Assembly: GCF_035084215.1 (NCBI RefSeq)
Contig: NC_090336.1
Coordinates: 40,734,001-40,798,000 of the forward strand
Source of the DNA: Heptranchias perlo
Taxonomy: Eukaryota
Length of the DNA stretch: 64,000 nucleotides
Reading direction: 5' to 3'
Shown: one piece after another, positions 60,223 through 64,000 of the stretch
Layout of the letters: every line of letters starts with the position of its first letter
Numbering within the stretch: position 1 is the stretch's first letter
Notes under the pieces: generated by a model
Database searches by the model: none
Seen by the model: the letters and a program-made list of their open reading frames with translations, nothing else
What the model was told of the DNA's origin: nothing
Translations under genes and position numbers: made by a program

Positions 60223-61078
60223 GGACTAAGATGGTCCATAATTTATTTCACTTAGGGAACCTATAGCTGACAGATTTTTATCCCGAGCACTTTACATCAT
60301 TCAGTTGAGTTAATTGCTTCTGTTTTCTTTGGCCATTAAGTGGGAAAAGGGAGATGGTGCCAGATTTTCTGGTGATCTACTGTATAGCGTGTATGCACCT
60401 GGAAGCCTCATGAGTGTGATATTATGCAAATTTGAGACTATTAGGATACTAAGAACCTCAAGACACATGCTATCCCACATCTGCACTGAAGACTGGGAGC
60501 ACATGGCACCGGATAGGAAGTGATTGCTTGCCTTACTTTGTAATGTGTGTCTCATTTTAAAAACAATTGCCCGCGCAAGTTGAGCAGAAAGTGAGAAAAC
60601 CACAAAACCAGAAAGCAGCTAACTGATTCCAACCAATAACCAATGCAAGGAGATCTGTGTTCCCACATAGGACTCATCAGTTACCACTGGATGCATTGGA
60701 GTTCCAGCTATAATCAATATGATGGACAATGATGCACATATATTCCACCAGGATTTGACTGGTGGAGTATTTGTATTTGTTAATGGTGAATTTTGTGCTC
60801 CTTTAGTAAGGGGTTAATGGTGTTGGGAACAGAAGTTTTGCTAGTGTCTGCATCCAGTGTCCATACCAAGAATTCCCAGATCAGAATACCATAGATAAGA
60901 TAGATGGAAAAGTTCTTAACATTGCTTCAATAGTATGCCATACCCACAATCTCAGAGGAGCACCTATTATGAACCTATGTGAAATGGGTATTGTGCTCCT
61001 TAAAGGTGTTATTCATGCAACAATTCTACATTAATCAACAACTCATTACACAAGTGTAACTGACAAGATGGCCAATTT

Positions 61079-61202
61079 GGAGGTCAATTTTAACTGTAAC
61101 CGCTGGGCAGAAAATGGCAGCAGGTTGGGCGGGGTGGAAGACGGGTGGCGGACCCACTGCTGCCCGTTTCCTGCTCAGTGGGGACAGTTAAAATCGAACC
61201 CC
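61079..61202. mobile_element. Short palindromic MITE
   Basis: GGAGGTCAATTTTAACTGT ... ACAGTTAAAATCGAACCCC. Confidence 0.7.
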
Positions 61203-61204
61203 AT

Positions 61205-61379
61205 GCCAACATTTAAGAATAGGCTAGATAGGTGGTTGAAGGAAAGGAGAATAAAGGGATATGTAAACAGGGCAGACACGTGGGATTAGGTTTACTGCTC
61301 TTGTGGAGGACAGACACCAACACTGACCGGTTAGACCGAATGACCCGTTTCTGTGTTGTAATTTCTATATAATTCTATG
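61205..61379 (+). mobile_element. CR1 3' fragment
   Basis: Encodes PTFKNRLDRWLKERRIKGY...WD*; tail TTTCTATATAATTCTATG. Confidence 0.75.
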
Positions 61380-62134
61380 CAAATGTTAATGGGAAGTAGA
61401 TGTGATGAGGAAGAAAGTTTTATTTTCTCGCCGCTTGCAGGCACGCTGGTAAAGAAAGGCTCACACACACGCTTCGGTCATCGAGACTGAAACTGATGGG
61501 CTTGGAACTTACCGATCTGTTGGGGAAATGGAAGTGGCTTTGGAACCATCTTTCTGAGCTGCAATTTCATGGGCTGCCATGGCTGCTGGTCTCTCACCCA
61601 GCCTGCTGACAAATTAAGGAATCATTTTAACTCAGTACAATCATTGCAAACACTGCCACTGTTTCTGAGCCAAAGACATAGCAAAGATCAGCAAATGCCA
61701 GAAGCTCAAGCAACGGGACTGCGTTGCTCCAGGTAATAAATAAGCATCCATAAAAACACCAGAGAGTCAGTTTCAACAACTGGTGCATGTGTATCAGCCC
61801 TTTTAGAATTCAAACTAAAACTTGCTTCAGAGAGCTTCATTTACAACATGGCTGGTCTGTATGAGCTTGCTATTTTTAAAAAAAATTGAGATTTCAATAG
61901 ACCTAACAGCGCAATTACTCAATGAAAATTAAAACCAAATAGATGAAATGCAACCCTAGCAAGTCTCAACATTCTGACTTTTATTTTCTATCACTGTAAA
62001 AAGTGAAGCTGCTTATTGAGAATTACAATTCAAAAAAATGAACCTGGTGATCAATTCATTAAACTTCCAGTGTAAATCTGTAGATTCTGGTTCTATTTCA
62101 ATATAATTCTGCATACATGGGGAGTGATTTTAAA

Positions 62135-64000
62135 TTTTTTTTTTTTTATTCGTTCACGGGATGTGGGCGTTGCTGGCGAGGCCAGCATTTATTGCCCATC
62201 CCTAATTGCCCTTGAGAAGGTGGTGGTGAGCCGCCTTCTTGAACCGCTGCAGTCCGTGTGGTGACGGTTCTCCCACAGTGCTGTTAGGAAGGGAGTTCCA
62301 GGATTTTGACCCAGCGACAATGAAGGAACGGCGATATATTTCCAAGTCTGGATGTTGTGTGACTTGGAGGGGAACGTGCAGGTGGTGTTGTTCCCATGCG
62401 CCTACTGCTCTTGTCCTTCTAGGTGGTAGAGGTCGCGGGTTTGGGAGGTGCTGTCGAAGAAGCCTTGGCGAGTTGCTGCAGTGCATCCTGTGGATGGTGC
62501 ACACTGCAGCCACAGTGCGCCGGTGGTGAAGGGAGTGAATGTTTAGGGTGGTGGATGGGGTGCCAATCAAGTGGGCTGCTTTATCTTGGATGGTGTCGAG
62601 CTTCTTGAGTGTTGTTGGAGCTGCACTCATCCAGGCAAGTGGAGAGTATTCCATCACACTCCTGACTTGTGCCTTGTAGATGGTGGAAAGGCTTTGGGGA
62701 GTCAGGAGGTGAGTCACTCGCCGCAGAATACCCAGCCTCTGACCTGCTCTCGTAGCCACAGTATTTATATGGCTGGTCGAGTTAAGATTCTGGTCAATGG
62801 TGACCCCCAGGATGTTGATGGTGGGGGATTCGGTGATGGTAATGCCGTTGAATGTCAAGGGGAGGTGGTTAGACTCTCTCTTGTTGGAGATGGTCATTGC
62901 CTGGCACTTATCTGGCGCGAATGTTACTTGCCACTTATGAGCCCAAGCCTGGATGTTGTCCAGGTCTTGCTGCATGCAGGCTCGGACTGCTTCATTATCT
63001 GAGGGGTTGCGAATGGAACTGAACACAGTGCAGTCATCAGCGAACATCCCCATTTTTGACCTTATGATGGAGGGAAGGTCATTGATGAAGCAGCTGAAGA
63101 TGGTTGGGCCAAGGACACTGCCCTGAGGAACTCCTGCAGCAATGCCCTGGGGCTGAGATGATTGGCCTCCAACAACCACTACCATCTTCCTTTGTGCTAG
63201 GTATGACTCCAGCCACTGGAGAGTTTTCCCCCTGATTCCCATTGACTTCAATTTTACTAGGGCTCCTTGGTGCCACACTCGGTCAAATGCTGCCTTGATG
63301 TCAAGGGCAGTCACTCTCACCTCACCTCTGGAATTCAGCTCTTTTGTCCATGTTTGGACCAAGGCTGTAATGAGGTCCGGAGCCGAGTGGTCCTGGTGGA
63401 ACCCAAACTGAGCATCGGTGAGCAGGTTATTGGTAAGTAAATGCCGCTTGATAGCACTGTCGATGACACCTTCCATCACTTTGCTGATGATTGAGAGTAG
63501 ACTGATGGGGCGGTAATTGGCCGGATTGGATTTGTCCTGCTCTTTGTGGACAGGACATACCTGGGCAATTTTCCACATTGTCGGGTAGATGCCAGTGTTG
63601 TAGCTGTACTGGAACAGCTTGGCTAGAGGCGCAGCTAGTTCTGGAGCACAAGTCTTCAGCACTACAGCTGGGATGTTGTCGGGGCCCATAGCCTTTGCTG
63701 TATCCAGTGCACTCAGCCGTTTCTTGATATCACGTGGAGTGAATCGAATTGGCCGAAGACTGGCTTCCGTGATGGTGGGGATATCGGGAGGAGGCTGAGA
63801 TTGATCATCCACTCGGCACTTCTGGCTGAAGATGGTTGCAAACGCTTCAGCCTTGTCTTTTGCACTCACGTGCTGGACTCCGCCATCATTGAGAATGGGG
63901 ATGTTTGCAGAGCCTCCTCCTCCCGTTAGTTGTTTAATTGTCCACCACCATTCACGACTGGATGTGGCAGGACTGCAGAGCTTTGATCTGATTCGTTGGT
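62135..64000 (-). mobile_element. Young poly(A)-tailed CR1-group LINE, extends beyond the window
   Basis: T-run 62135-62147, short 3'UTR, uninterrupted ORF; same family as 35685-36450 and 57577-60222. Confidence 0.95.
62202..63998 (-). CDS. Non-LTR retrotransposon reverse transcriptase ORF (partial; open to the window edge)
   Basis: [48 protein letters not shown]. The frame stays open upstream of 63869 (QRIRSKLCSPATSSREWWW...). Confidence 0.9.
   Translation of the reverse strand, partial: QRIRSKLCSPATSSREWWWTIKQLTGGGGSANIPILNDGGVQHVSAKDKAEAFATIFSQKCRVDDQSQPPPDIPTITEASLRPIRFTPRDIKKRLSALDTAKAMGPDNIPAVVLKTCAPELAAPLAKLFQYSYNTGIYPTMWKIAQVCPVHKEQDKSNPANYRPISLLSIISKVMEGVIDSAIKRHLLTNNLLTDAQFGFHQDHSAPDLITALVQTWTKELNSRGEVRVTALDIKAAFDRVWHQGALVKLKSMGIRGKTLQWLESYLAQRKMVVVVGGQSSQPQGIAAGVPQGSVLGPTIFSCFINDLPSIIRSKMGMFADDCTVFSSIRNPSDNEAVRACMQQDLDNIQAWAHKWQVTFAPDKCQAMTISNKRESNHLPLTFNGITITESPTINILGVTIDQNLNSTSHINTVATRAGQRLGILRRVTHLLTPQSLSTIYKAQVRSVMEYSPLAWMSAAPTTLKKLDTIQDKAAHLIGTPSTTLNIHSLHHRRTVAAVCTIHRMHCSNSPRLLRQHLPNPRPLPPRRTRAVGAWEQHHLHVPLQVTQHPDLEIYRRSFIVAGSKSWNSLPNSTVGEPSPHGLQRFKKAAHHHLLKGN

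Noticed and set aside
62239-63651. Short antisense and alternate-frame ORFs recurring in three places
   Set aside because: They recur only because the LINE family is repeated; shadow ORFs of the RT.

Overview
Vertebrate nuclear DNA, most likely a cartilaginous fish (shark); this is inferred from the repeat families, not from a database search. I found no confidently identifiable host protein-coding gene, rRNA, tRNA or CRISPR array, so the window is intergenic or deep-intronic and dominated by transposable elements. CR1 LINEs include a near full-length copy at ~16353-23352 with a G-rich 5'UTR minisatellite, a zinc-finger/coiled-coil/SGNH-esterase ORF1 and a second CR1 nested inside it. There are three copies of a second CR1-group LINE family with a poly(A) tail, one with an uninterrupted RT ORF running off the window end. 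Also present are L2-type fragments, Deu-domain and other tRNA-derived SINEs, Penelope-like ends, a decayed PIF/Harbinger transposon (transposase plus remnant of its partner gene), several Harbinger Myb/SANT-gene remnants, and many MITEs with GGG-N(2-4)-RATTTT-type termini. Almost every long ORF in the track is TE-derived or an antisense shadow. The most notable observations are a minimal hammerhead ribozyme motif in a Penelope-like end (13282-13322, minus), a 20-copy G-run VNTR in a CR1 5'UTR, a Harbinger/CR1 chimera, a Myb-gene fossil with an internal inversion, a ~150-bp fold-back palindrome and orphan spliced-exon candidates. None of these establishes a new biological system from sequence alone.
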